A stretch of 64,000 nucleotides of DNA from NCBI GenBank assembly GCA_964429815.1, contig CAYSCM010000001.1, positions 437,705 to 501,704 on the forward strand. Direction: 5' to 3'. The notes beneath the pieces were generated by a model. The model had not been told where the DNA came from, did no database searches, and saw only the letters and a list, made by a program, of their open reading frames with translations. A program made the position numbers and the translations under genes. Of the stretch, positions 34,953 to 44,064 are shown in pieces (position 1 is the first letter of the stretch; every line of letters starts with the position of its first letter). The stretch is from an uncultured Candidatus Saccharibacteria bacterium (lineage in GTDB: Bacteria; Patescibacteriota; Minisyncoccia; Phycocordibacterales; CAYSCM01).

Positions 34953-36584
34953 ATGACGGCTCACACCCGTATCGCTATGCTGTATTTGCGCCTCATTTGG
35001 AGACAATTGAAAATAGTCGGAGCGCACCTTAAGACCATCGGCAAAATTGTCTGGTCGTTCGCTAAATCGCACAAAATCGTGAGCTCGATCGTAGCGGCCG
35101 CCTTGGCCACAGGCCTTGGTGCGGCCGCTTATTTTGGCGCCAGCAAGGCCGCGACGACGATAGCGGAGGGTCCTGCCGTCCACCTCGTGCGCGTCGGCGA
35201 CGTGTCCGCCTCAGCTCCCATTTCGCTCATCGGCATCGTGCGCGCCACGCGGGAGGCCAATGTCGCTCCGGATATTTCTGGCACGGTCTCGGCCGTGTAC
35301 CGCAACCTCGGTGACTACGTGCCCGCCGGGACCATCATCGCGGAGCTTAAAAACGACACGCAGCGCGCTGCCGTGGCGGCTGCTCGCGCGGCGCTCCAAA
35401 AAGCCCAAAGCGGCAGCGTCGTCGGCGGCATCAGCGTCGAGAACGCCCAGAATTCCTACGCCGCAGCCATCGATACCGCACGGTCAACGGTACAAAGCGC
35501 ATACTCGACCATTGATGACGCTATCGCACGAAAAGCGGATCAAACGTTTTCAAACCCCAACAGCCCGCAGCCGCATTTCAACGTCTCAAGCTCTAATTCG
35601 CAGCTCGTCGTCAATGTTCAAAATGACCGTTTGGCTATGCAGGCCATTCGGGCGCGCGAGAGCACGGTAGTGGTAGCTACACTCTCTCCAGGCGATCTCC
35701 TTGCCGAACTCTCCTTACTTGGAAGTGAAGTAAAGTCCGTTCAAAACTTCATGCAGGACCTGGTCGCCGCACTTAATGCCGCCGTTCCCACCTACGGGAT
35801 CACTGAAGCGACTATCGCAGGCTATCGTGCGGACGTATCAGCAGGGCTCGCCAGCATTAATGCGCTTGCGAGCTCACTGCCGGGAGTATCCGAGATGCTC
35901 AAAACAAAACGTGCCGCGGTCGACATCGCTCAGACGTCGCTTGCAACCGGCTCCACGGGAGAGAGCGCCGACGTTGCGGCTGCGGAGGCGAACCTCGCGC
36001 TCCAACTCGCCGGACTTGAGAAAACGCTCATCCGAGCCCCCATCTCCGGGACCGTCAATAGGCTCGATCTCGACGTCGGCTCTTTCGTCAACGCATCGGT
36101 CCCAATCGTCTACATCACGAGCGCCGGTGGTCTTGAAGTGGTCGCCTTCGTTTCGGGAAATGACATCGCTGACATCGCCGTCGGAGCCAAAGCGAAGGTA
36201 GGCGCCAGTGTTGACGGGGTAGTCGCACGCGTCGCAAGCGCCCTCGACCCTCTGACGAAAAAGGCGGAAGTGCGGGTCTTTGTACCGCCGTCCGCTCCGC
36301 TGGTCGCAGGACAGTCGGCGACCGTCTCTGTAGAGCGCTCCGCGCCAAAGGTCCCGTCGGCAAATCCGACCCTCACCGTCCCCCTCACCGCGATCAAGAT
36401 AACGCCGCAATCTCCCTTGGTGTTCACCGTGAACGACGCGCACCAGCTCGTCGGAAATCCCGTGGTTCTCGGAACCCTGCGCGGGGACAGCGTCGACATT
36501 GTAAGCGGCGTTACCGCCACCATGCAGATAGTCGAGGACGCCCGCGGGCTTAAGGAAGGACAGGCAGTTATCGTAAATCCCTAA
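34953..36584 (+). CDS. RND efflux periplasmic adaptor (membrane fusion protein, HlyD family)
   Basis: TM anchor, long coiled-coil (AARAALQKAQ...), and lipoyl and beta-barrel segments. Immediately upstream of the RND permease. Confidence 0.75.
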   Translation: MTAHTRIAMLYLRLIWRQLKIVGAHLKTIGKIVWSFAKSHKIVSSIVAAALATGLGAAAYFGASKAATTIAEGPAVHLVRVGDVSASAPISLIGIVRATREANVAPDISGTVSAVYRNLGDYVPAGTIIAELKNDTQRAAVAAARAALQKAQSGSVVGGISVENAQNSYAAAIDTARSTVQSAYSTIDDAIARKADQTFSNPNSPQPHFNVSSSNSQLVVNVQNDRLAMQAIRARESTVVVATLSPGDLLAELSLLGSEVKSVQNFMQDLVAALNAAVPTYGITEATIAGYRADVSAGLASINALASSLPGVSEMLKTKRAAVDIAQTSLATGSTGESADVAAAEANLALQLAGLEKTLIRAPISGTVNRLDLDVGSFVNASVPIVYITSAGGLEVVAFVSGNDIADIAVGAKAKVGASVDGVVARVASALDPLTKKAEVRVFVPPSAPLVAGQSATVSVERSAPKVPSANPTLTVPLTAIKITPQSPLVFTVNDAHQLVGNPVVLGTLRGDSVDIVSGVTATMQIVEDARGLKEGQAVIVNP

Positions 36585-36590
36585 ACCGCC

Positions 36591-39500
36591 ATGTCCGGCC
36601 TCTGGAACTTTTTTATTGAACGACGGCAGTTCACGATACTCGTCATGATAGCGCTCACCGCGGCAGGCCTTGTCGCGGTCATCGCCATACCCAAGGAAAA
36701 CGCACCCGAGGTTAAGGTGCCGGTCGCGGTCATCGCGACGACGCTCCGAGGCGCTTCTGCCGCGGACGTTACCAAGCTCGTCACCAAAGAGATCGAGAAG
36801 GAGGTTGGGACGGTCGAAAATCTTCACAAGCTCACCTCCTCTTCGCGGGAGGGAGTGTCGGTCGTGACCGCGGAATTCGAAGCCTCCGCCAACCTTGACA
36901 AATCTATCCAGAACATCAAAGACGCGGTCGACCGCGCCAAGCCGAACCTGCCGCGCGACGCCGACGAGCCCGTCATAACCCGTGTTTCTTTCAGTGATCA
37001 GCCCATTCTCATCATTTCGATCTCGGGCGGGCTTCCGCCGACGGAGTTTGCCTCGCTTGCGAAGGACGTGAAAGACCAACTCGAGCTCGTTGCCGGCGTT
37101 TCCTCTGTTGACGTGGCCGGGACACGCGAGCGCGAAGCGGACGTCGTCGTGCGCCGCGAGGCGCTCGACGCCTACGGACTTACGCTCTCCGATGTCGTCG
37201 GTGCGATCGGCGCCGCGAACGCCTCGCTCCCCATCGGCACCATTACCGTCGACAAGGTCGAGTACGCCATCGCCTTTCACGGCGATCTCAATGACCCTGA
37301 AGACCTCCTCGGGGTGACCGTGGGACAGGTTGGCGGGCGGCCCGTGTATCTGCGCGACATCGCGGACATCGTTAACGGCATCGAAAGGGCGAAGACCATC
37401 TCTCGCGCGTCGGTGCACGGGTCGCCCGCCGAGCCTGCCGTGACGCTTTCCGTCCATAAGCGCGCCGGTGCAAACATTTTCCTCACCGGAAGCGCCGTCA
37501 AGAAGAAACTTTCCGAACTCAGCGCAACGACCCTCTCGGGCCTTACGACCTCGATATCGATAGACCTCGGAGCGGAAGTCTCCAAGAGCCTCGGCGAGCT
37601 CACTCGGGTCGGCGTCGAAACGGTCATTCTCGTTATTTTGTGCCTCCTTCTCACGATAGGCTGGCGGGAATCGATCGTCGCCGGACTCTCTATCCCGCTC
37701 TCCTTTGTCATCGCATTCTCCGGACTTTATCTTTCCGGCAACACCATCAATTTCGTTTCGCTCTTCTCGCTCATTCTCGCGATAGGAATCCTCGTCGACT
37801 CCGGCATCGTCGTCACGGAAGCCATCCACACGCGCCTCAAGCGTTTCGGAGAGCCGATCTTTGCCGCAAAGGAAGCGATACGCGAGTATGCCTGGCCGCT
37901 CACCGCGGGGACCCTTACGACGGTCGCGGTGTTTGCGCCTCTCTTTTTCATCTCCGGCATAACGGGGCAGTTCATCGCCTCCATCCCATTCACGGTAATT
38001 TTCGTCCTTATCGCGTCCATTTTCGTCGCGCTTGGCCTCGTGCCGCTTATTGCGATCATGTTCACGAAGACGGAGCTCAACGGCCTCGAGCGGCTTCAGG
38101 AGGAGTGGAACCTCAAGCTCCAGAGGCGCTACCGGGCGTGGCTGCTTCGCATACTCGGCGACGGAGCGTTCCAGCGGAAGTTTTTGCGCGGCATGACCGC
38201 GGGTTTCATCATCGCCCTCATCCTGCCCATGACGGGGCTCGTCAAGGTCATCTTCTTTCCCCAAAGCGATTCCGAGTATGCGTACCTTGAAATAGAGACC
38301 AAGCAAGGGACGCCGCTTGCGCAAACCGATCTCGCCGCGCGTGGGGTCGAGGAGCTTCTCTATGGAGACCCGCGCATCGCCTCCTTCGTAACGACGATCG
38401 GCGCCACCTCGCCGCTCTCCCAAAGCCCGACTTCGGGCACTAAGTACGCCAACATCACGATTCGCCTCGTGCCCGAAAAAAATCGCGCGCAAAGCTCAAC
38501 GAAGATCGTGAACGAGCTGCGCAACAAGGTCGCAGTCTTCCACGATTTCACCGTGCGCGCGCTTGAGCCGCAGGGCGGCCCGCCGACCGGCGCGCCGGTT
38601 GTTATCACCTTCTCGGGGGAGAATCTCGATGATTTGGAGAAGGCGGCCGACCTCGGAGAGCGAACCCTCAAGGAAATCCCAGGGGCGATCGAGGTGACGA
38701 CCTCGACGAAAGATAATGGGACGCAGTTTGGGCTCACTATAGACCGAGGAAAAGCGGCGGAAGTAGGGTTGACCCCTGTCCAAGTCGCCTCCGCGCTTCG
38801 CACGGCGGTCTCCGGCACTATCGCGACTACCATCAAGAGCGATGCGCGGGACATCGACGTGCTCGTCCTTTCCAATCTCAACCCGAACTGGCGCGATCCG
38901 ACGGATACGACCGAGGCGACGATAGATTCCGTCATGAACCTTTCGATAAAGACACCGCGGGGGAGCGTGTTGCTCGGCTCCATTCTCGCCTCCGGCATCG
39001 AGCGCAACAGCGCCATCATTAAACGCGAAGACCAAAAGAACATCGCGACGGTTTCCTCGTACTTGTTGCCGGGGAAGACGGCAGGAGAGGTTTCGTCCGC
39101 CTTTTCCACGGCGATAAAAAAGGTCGATTTTCCGAAGGGAGTGGCTATGAAGATAGGAGGCGAAACAGCAAATGTCGACCAATCGTTCCAGGAAATGTTC
39201 TATGCCCTCATCGGCGGCATGGTTCTCATGCTCGCCATACTTGTTCTTGCATTCAACTCTTTCCGCTACTCCTTCTACCTCCTGATGCTCGTGCCGCTTG
39301 CGCTCATCGGCGTTTTTGCCGGGCTTGCGATAACGCGCCAGCCGCTCTCGTTCCCTTCGCTTCTCGGCGTCATCGCGCTCGCTGGCGTCATCATCAACCA
39401 TGCCATCATCCTTGTTGATTCAATGATCGTGCGCATGAAAAACCCGGAGGGCAGAGGGCTCCCCGAGGTCGTCGCGGACGCCGCCGTTTCGCGCTTCCGG

Positions 39501-39716
39501 CCAATAATCCTCACCACGCTTACGACCGTCATCGGCATGGTGCCGCTCGCGGGCGCGTCAGCGCTGTGGGGCCCGCTCGCGTTTGCCATTATGTTCGGCC
39601 TCGCCTTCGCGATGGTGCTCACGCTTGTATTGACACCCATCCTTATTTTCCGACATCCCGGTAAAGAGTTTTGGAAGGAGCCTCAATCTGCAGCGCACGG
39701 TAGTGCAAACGCTTAA
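36591..39716 (+). CDS. RND efflux transporter permease (AcrB/HAE family)
   Basis: 1041 aa with 12 TM helices and two large periplasmic loops. N-terminal FFIERRQFTILVMIALTAAG. Overall AcrB architecture. Confidence 0.85.
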   Translation: MSGLWNFFIERRQFTILVMIALTAAGLVAVIAIPKENAPEVKVPVAVIATTLRGASAADVTKLVTKEIEKEVGTVENLHKLTSSSREGVSVVTAEFEASANLDKSIQNIKDAVDRAKPNLPRDADEPVITRVSFSDQPILIISISGGLPPTEFASLAKDVKDQLELVAGVSSVDVAGTREREADVVVRREALDAYGLTLSDVVGAIGAANASLPIGTITVDKVEYAIAFHGDLNDPEDLLGVTVGQVGGRPVYLRDIADIVNGIERAKTISRASVHGSPAEPAVTLSVHKRAGANIFLTGSAVKKKLSELSATTLSGLTTSISIDLGAEVSKSLGELTRVGVETVILVILCLLLTIGWRESIVAGLSIPLSFVIAFSGLYLSGNTINFVSLFSLILAIGILVDSGIVVTEAIHTRLKRFGEPIFAAKEAIREYAWPLTAGTLTTVAVFAPLFFISGITGQFIASIPFTVIFVLIASIFVALGLVPLIAIMFTKTELNGLERLQEEWNLKLQRRYRAWLLRILGDGAFQRKFLRGMTAGFIIALILPMTGLVKVIFFPQSDSEYAYLEIETKQGTPLAQTDLAARGVEELLYGDPRIASFVTTIGATSPLSQSPTSGTKYANITIRLVPEKNRAQSSTKIVNELRNKVAVFHDFTVRALEPQGGPPTGAPVVITFSGENLDDLEKAADLGERTLKEIPGAIEVTTSTKDNGTQFGLTIDRGKAAEVGLTPVQVASALRTAVSGTIATTIKSDARDIDVLVLSNLNPNWRDPTDTTEATIDSVMNLSIKTPRGSVLLGSILASGIERNSAIIKREDQKNIATVSSYLLPGKTAGEVSSAFSTAIKKVDFPKGVAMKIGGETANVDQSFQEMFYALIGGMVLMLAILVLAFNSFRYSFYLLMLVPLALIGVFAGLAITRQPLSFPSLLGVIALAGVIINHAIILVDSMIVRMKNPEGRGLPEVVADAAVSRFRPIILTTLTTVIGMVPLAGASALWGPLAFAIMFGLAFAMVLTLVLTPILIFRHPGKEFWKEPQSAAHGSANA

Positions 39717-39860
39717 TGCGCGTGGCGTTCGATCATCACCGGGAGGGAAACCTGGGTCGCTTCTGCTCATTTCCACGACCAGCCCCTTGCCGCATAGGTA
39801 CGTCGTACTCAGTAGTTGACCCGGTATCCTCCTTGGAGCAGGGAAGGTGGCGAGAGGTCT

Positions 39861-39889
39861 ATTGACCGTCGTGAATAAATATGCTTTAA
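39861..39889 (+). promoter_or_regulatory. sigma70-like promoter of paralog cassette copy 1
   Basis: TTGACC - 17 nt - TTTAAT. The spacer core ATAAATATG is shared with copy 2. Confidence 0.4.
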
Positions 39890-39923
39890 TTTCCCTCAGT
39901 TCTTTGGCATTCAAGAGTACCGT

Positions 39924-39970
39924 GAGATGAGCTTTTTGTGGCTGAAAAGTCGGCCCCAAAAAGCTCGTCT
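39924..39970 (+). promoter_or_regulatory. conserved 5'-leader hairpin, copy 1
   Basis: gagatgagcttttt / aaaaagctcgtctc form a 14-bp stem with one G-U pair. The loop is gtggctgaaaagtcggcccc. An AAGGAGG SD follows. Confidence 0.5.
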
Positions 39971-40029
39971 CATCAGAGACAGTCGCCAGTCCGAGCGCCA
40001 CGGGCATCACACCACTAAGGAGGTATGCG

Positions 40030-40797
40030 ATGGAAACCATCGTGAGCCGCACCTTGTCGGTACACAAGGAACACGAAGTCCTTCTGAAGCTCGAAGCGGC
40101 GGGGTTCAGCGACGATCTCGCACAGAAGGTCATCGAATCGAGGGACAACGACCTCGCCAAAAAGGTCGTGCGCCTCATTCGGAGCGGCGGCCTCGAGCCG
40201 TCGACCTCACAGCAGAAGGCCCGCGAGATCATGGGCACGAACATGTTCGGCATCGAGGACGCGATCAAGCATTTCGACGTCAACCCGTCGAAGACCCAGC
40301 TTGCCGCACTCTGCGAAATCCCGTTCAGTGAGGAAGTGCTCGTGGCCTCTAAGGACACGCACGTTCTTGTGGCGCTGTTTCCACTTTCAATCCTCGACGT
40401 TCGAGGCGAGGCCGACTGTAGGCTCTTCTACTTCCACGAAGGCACCTGGTACAACAAGAAGCAGGCGTTCGCGAAAGACAGGGGCGAGATCGGCTGGCAG
40501 CTCGTTCGCAAGACCCCGGTTGACAACTCGACGAGCAAGTCTTGGGGCGAGCAGCAGAAACTGCTCGGTAAGGACGAGGAGACGCCGAAGGCGCAGGTAA
40601 TTGTCTATACGATCATTGCCCACTTTCTCTCAACCGGCGAGCGATTGTTCGAAAGCATCTACGTCAGATGTTCCGATCTCGGCTCGGACGGCTTCCGCAT
40701 CAACGTCGGCCGTTTTAACGTCATAGGTCTCCACATCAACCACTACTGGGACGACCGCCGCCACGACAACCTCGGCTTATCCTCTGCCCGGAAGTAA
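40030..40797 (+). CDS. hypothetical protein, paralog 1 (255 aa)
   Basis: C-terminal ~150 aa are about 60% identical to paralog 2 (GW.L.RK.PV..STSK.W.EQ...RLFE.IYVRCSDL...YWDD.RHD.LGLSSARK). The N-terminus is unrelated. Confidence 0.7.
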   Translation: METIVSRTLSVHKEHEVLLKLEAAGFSDDLAQKVIESRDNDLAKKVVRLIRSGGLEPSTSQQKAREIMGTNMFGIEDAIKHFDVNPSKTQLAALCEIPFSEEVLVASKDTHVLVALFPLSILDVRGEADCRLFYFHEGTWYNKKQAFAKDRGEIGWQLVRKTPVDNSTSKSWGEQQKLLGKDEETPKAQVIVYTIIAHFLSTGERLFESIYVRCSDLGSDGFRINVGRFNVIGLHINHYWDDRRHDNLGLSSARK

Positions 40798-40833
40798 CCT
40801 TGAATCTTGGGGCCTCGGTCTCTTGTTCCCTTG

Positions 40834-40873
40834 AGCCCCTGCGAATTTTTTTTGCGGGGGCTCTTTGTTTTTG
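40834..40873 (+). terminator. rho-independent terminator of paralog 1
   Basis: gagcccctgcg-aattttttt-tgcgggggctc followed by tttgttttt. Confidence 0.6.
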
Positions 40874-40882
40874 GCACTGAGA

Positions 40883-40911
40883 TTGACTAGAGTCTATAAA
40901 TATGATAAAGT
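40883..40911 (+). promoter_or_regulatory. sigma70-like promoter of paralog cassette copy 2
   Basis: TTGACT - 17 nt - TAAAGT, with the same ATAAATATG spacer core as copy 1. Confidence 0.35.
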
Positions 40912-40953
40912 GCGTCCGGCGTTCTTTTCCATTTACTACAAAGGTTACTTATG

Positions 40954-41000
40954 AGGCGAGCTTCCTGCGGCTGAAAAGTCGGCCCCAAAAAGCTCGTCTC
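40954..41000 (+). promoter_or_regulatory. conserved 5'-leader hairpin, copy 2
   Basis: gaggcgagctt / aagctcgtctc with a G-U pair at a different stem position from copy 1. The loop ggctgaaaagtcggcccc is identical. Confidence 0.5.
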
Positions 41001-41048
41001 AATCAAGAGGTAGCCGCTCGCCCAAGCGTAGGGCACAGGAGAACGACG

Positions 41049-41834
41049 ATGACGACCGCCAGGTCTATCACGTCCGAACAGCGTACCCAGTACAATCGCT
41101 TCGTGCAGGATGGAGGCCGCAAGGCTCTTCGCCAAGCCGGTCTCGACAGGGAGGGTCTGCAACGGCTCTTCAAACGCGGCGGCGAATTCCAAGCCCATAT
41201 CTTGGAAGGCGTCAAGCGTTTTTCGGCGAAGCAGCCGGACTACACGCTGGCGCAATCCATCCTCGGCGTCGATTTCATCACGCCGGAGGAGCTCATGAAA
41301 GTGTCGGCGGTAATTTACGAGGACAAGCACCTCGCTTCGCTCCACGACACTGTCCCGCCGGAAGACGTTCTGCGTTGGTGCAAAGACCATAATTACGTCG
41401 TGGTCGCGGCCCCACCCTATCCGATAAACTTGCTCAACATCCGCATGCTCGACAGCAGCCTCTTCTATTCCAAAACGGGCGGCTGGTATTCCGAGCAGAA
41501 GTTCGCGAGCGAGAACAAGACCAACACGGGCTGGCTCATGATCCGCAAGGATCCTGTGCCGAAATCGACCAGCAAGAACTGGGACGAGCAGAACCAGCTC
41601 GTCTTCGGCGTCGAGCACGTTCCGAATTCGGCCGAGGTGAGTTGGCTTGTCACGACCTATTTCAAGGTTCGCGGCGTCCGGCTCTTCGAGAACATCTACG
41701 TCAGATGTTCCGATCTCGACTCGGGCGGCAACCGCGTCTACGTCGGCTACTTCGACTCGGAGGGTCTCCGCGTCAGCTTCTACTGGGACGACTTCCGCCA
41801 CGACCTCCTCGGGTTGTCCTCCGCCCGGAAGTAA
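41049..41834 (+). CDS. hypothetical protein, paralog 2 (261 aa)
   Basis: Start placed after the SD-like caggag, by analogy with copy 1. The ORF-track start at 40902 reads through the leader. Confidence 0.65.
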   Translation: MTTARSITSEQRTQYNRFVQDGGRKALRQAGLDREGLQRLFKRGGEFQAHILEGVKRFSAKQPDYTLAQSILGVDFITPEELMKVSAVIYEDKHLASLHDTVPPEDVLRWCKDHNYVVVAAPPYPINLLNIRMLDSSLFYSKTGGWYSEQKFASENKTNTGWLMIRKDPVPKSTSKNWDEQNQLVFGVEHVPNSAEVSWLVTTYFKVRGVRLFENIYVRCSDLDSGGNRVYVGYFDSEGLRVSFYWDDFRHDLLGLSSARK

Positions 41835-41863
41835 CCTTGAATCTTGAGGCCTCGGCCTCTTGT

Positions 41864-41900
41864 TCCCTTGAGCCCCCGCGAAATTTTTCGCGGGGGCTCT
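41864..41900 (+). terminator. rho-independent terminator of paralog 2
   Basis: gagcccccgcg-aaattttt-cgcgggggctc followed by tttgttttt. Confidence 0.6.
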
Positions 41901-41940
41901 TTGTTTTTAGAGTGAAAAATTTGTTCTTAAGGAATGGTCA

Positions 41941-41969
41941 TTGACGCAATAGAAGCTATGTGTCATAAT
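41941..41969 (+). promoter_or_regulatory. near-consensus sigma70 promoter driving a leaderless small gene
   Basis: TTGACG - 17 nt - CATAAT. The ATG lies 7 nt downstream of the -10 element. Confidence 0.5.
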
Positions 41970-41975
41970 TGAGGC

Positions 41976-42152
41976 ATGACAGGCAAGCGAGCCCATAACC
42001 CGACCCGAGGCCCCATCAAGACTTTTATGGAGAATGGCCACTGGAGCGTTAAGCGCCACAAGACGGTCATTTTGGTGTGCCGCTCATGCGGCGGGAAATA
42101 TGTAAAGACGCGTGATCGGCAGACCATGTGTTTGCGCTGTCTCCTCGCCTAA
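41976..42152 (+). CDS. small zinc-ribbon protein (58 aa)
   Basis: MTGKRAHNPTRGPIKTFMENGHWSVKRHKTVILVCRSCGGKYVKTRDRQTMCLRCLLA, with a CxxC-x14-CxxC arrangement. Absent from the ORF track because it is under 60 aa. Confidence 0.5.
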   Translation: MTGKRAHNPTRGPIKTFMENGHWSVKRHKTVILVCRSCGGKYVKTRDRQTMCLRCLLA

Positions 42153-42233
42153 CGGGATCACAAACGAGCGCCGCGCATCAAAACGATGCGCGGCGCTTTG
42201 CGTTTACGACACACTCTGCCAGTATAGGAAAGC

Positions 42234-42653
42234 ATGGACGTCTGCAGCAAAAGAAAAACGGCCGGCTTTGTGCCCTATCGGATGGGCGGCCACTCCATCG
42301 AGTTCTATCTCCAGAAAAAAACCGCCGACGCGCCCTTCGGTTCCGGACAGTATCACCTGTTTGGGGGAGGCTTGGAGGACGGCGAGACTCCCGAGCAGGC
42401 GCTTCTTCGCGAAATCGAAGAGGAGCTTCGTATTACGCCGAAGAACTATAAGTACCTGGGCGACGTCGACACCGAGAGCGCCGTCGTGAGCGTCTTTTAT
42501 GCGCAGGTCGCACCCGATTTTGAATCGAAAGTTCAGGTTATGGAGGGGGAGTATGGCCGTTTCCTCTCTCTTCCCGAAGCTCTAGCGACCGCGAGCGTTC
42601 CGGAAGGAACGCGAGCGATACTCCAGGCCGTCGCGAAGAAAGTAGCGGCATGA
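42234..42653 (+). CDS. NUDIX hydrolase
   Basis: Nudix box GGGLEDGETPEQALLREIEEELRI. Confidence 0.8.
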   Translation: MDVCSKRKTAGFVPYRMGGHSIEFYLQKKTADAPFGSGQYHLFGGGLEDGETPEQALLREIEEELRITPKNYKYLGDVDTESAVVSVFYAQVAPDFESKVQVMEGEYGRFLSLPEALATASVPEGTRAILQAVAKKVAA

Positions 42654-43051
42654 GGGTACTGAAGAAGACGGCGCTTGTCTTCTTTCTCTCCTTTGCCCTT
42701 AATCTCGTCTGGGAGAACCTTCACGCGACGCTCTATACGAACTACCAGGGCGGCCCCATAAGCAATACAATTCTCCTTCATGCGACGCTTGCTGATGCGC
42801 TCATCATTACCGCGGGAGCATTCCTCTTTCTTTATGTGCCATATCTGCGCCGCAATCTGTGGCTTTCCTTGGTGCTTGGCATACTGATCGCGATCGGCGT
42901 CGAGATGTGGGCCCTCGAGACTGGCCGTTGGGCGTACAGTGCGCTCATGCCCCTCACTCCGTTCGTCAAAACCGGGCTCACGCCCACACTTCAGCTGGGC
43001 CTCTTAGGATATGTGACTTACCGCATTGTCGATCTTGGTAGGGCGCCGTAA
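42650..43051 (+). CDS. integral membrane hypothetical protein (133 aa)
   Basis: Four predicted TM helices. ATGA overlap with the NUDIX gene. Confidence 0.5.
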   Translation: MRVLKKTALVFFLSFALNLVWENLHATLYTNYQGGPISNTILLHATLADALIITAGAFLFLYVPYLRRNLWLSLVLGILIAIGVEMWALETGRWAYSALMPLTPFVKTGLTPTLQLGLLGYVTYRIVDLGRAP

Positions 43052-43086
43052 ACTGAAAGCGGTGGTTTATTATTTTTTAAAACGAT

Positions 43087-43353
43087 ATGCATAAACTCAA
43101 GGAACGCAACGTGGCTTTGGTGTTTTCCTTCGCGCTCGGCGGATGGCATCTCCTGTGGTCAGTGCTCGTCGCCCTCGGTGTCGCGCAGTCGATCCTCGAT
43201 TTCATTTTCCGCCTCCACATGATACAGCCGGTCTACAAGGTCGCGCAGTTTAATTTCGGCACGGCTCTCGCCCTCATCGTCGTGACGGCGATCATCGGTT
43301 ATGCGATGGGATGGGCGATCGCGTGGATCTGGAACCGCGTGCATCGCGGCTAG
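43087..43353 (+). CDS. small membrane protein (88 aa)
   Basis: Two TM helices (LVFSFALGGWHLLWSVLVALG and ALALIVVTAIIGYAMGWAIAWIW). Confidence 0.45.
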   Translation: MHKLKERNVALVFSFALGGWHLLWSVLVALGVAQSILDFIFRLHMIQPVYKVAQFNFGTALALIVVTAIIGYAMGWAIAWIWNRVHRG

Positions 43354-43411
43354 AGGAGCAAAGTCGCAAAAGAAATGCTCCGCTTGCGCGGAGCATGAGG
43401 TGAACATCGTC

Positions 43412-43846
43412 TCAGTAGGCGGTCGGTACGGCGCGTTGAGGCGACGATGGCGGAGCTTCACCGATGCCGCTCGGGCGTTTGAAGCACTGGACGACCGGGT
43501 CCGGATTCACGAGGATGGTCCCTCCGAGCGGACCGCGTATTGGCTTACGCGGCCAGCACGCGTGGGCGACCTCGGAGGGCGACAGCTCCTTCAGGTACGC
43601 TTTCGGGTCCACCGTTACCCACTTGCCATCGATGCGGATTTGGTAGGAAGAGCCGATGATGCGGTAGCGATCCGGGGCTATAGGCTCGCAGTCCGTAGCA
43701 TTGCAGCAACTTGACGTAGTCCCCGGGATCAACCAATTGCTGTAGTCTTCGTAATTGCCATACTCACCGAAGTAATCGTGAGCCACAGCAGGACCGGTCC
43801 CAAGCGCAAGGGCGGCGATGGCACCGAGAGTTCCAAAGAGCATGCG
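43412..43846 (-). CDS. secreted hypothetical protein
   Basis: Signal peptide MRMLFGTLGAIAALALGTGPAVA. The mature part is Cys-containing (CCNATDC). Confidence 0.45.
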   Translation of the reverse strand, partial: RMLFGTLGAIAALALGTGPAVAHDYFGEYGNYEDYSNWLIPGTTSSCCNATDCEPIAPDRYRIIGSSYQIRIDGKWVTVDPKAYLKELSPSEVAHACWPRKPIRGPLGGTILVNPDPVVQCFKRPSGIGEAPPSSPQRAVPTAY

Positions 43847-44064
43847 CATGAGGAACCTCCTTTCATCTTCATGCACTCTTAATGAGACCGTACTGCGCCA
43901 TTCTCTCCTTGTAAATGGGGATAAATGTCGCAGGACAGAAACGGCATCTTGTCCAGTTCTCCTCCGCTACCTTCGAGCGAACGCATCATCTGCTATACTC
44001 GTCTCATTACCTGTCCCCGGAATGACGCTCGGGGTTAGGCGTTGAGTTGCCCCAAAAGCACGTG

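Noticed and set aside
35874-38492. 872-aa minus-strand ORF
   Set aside because: It is antisense to the RND permease gene, which has clear AcrB architecture. Its composition is Arg/Gly/Asp/Glu-rich, as expected for antisense frames of high-GC coding DNA. No motifs.
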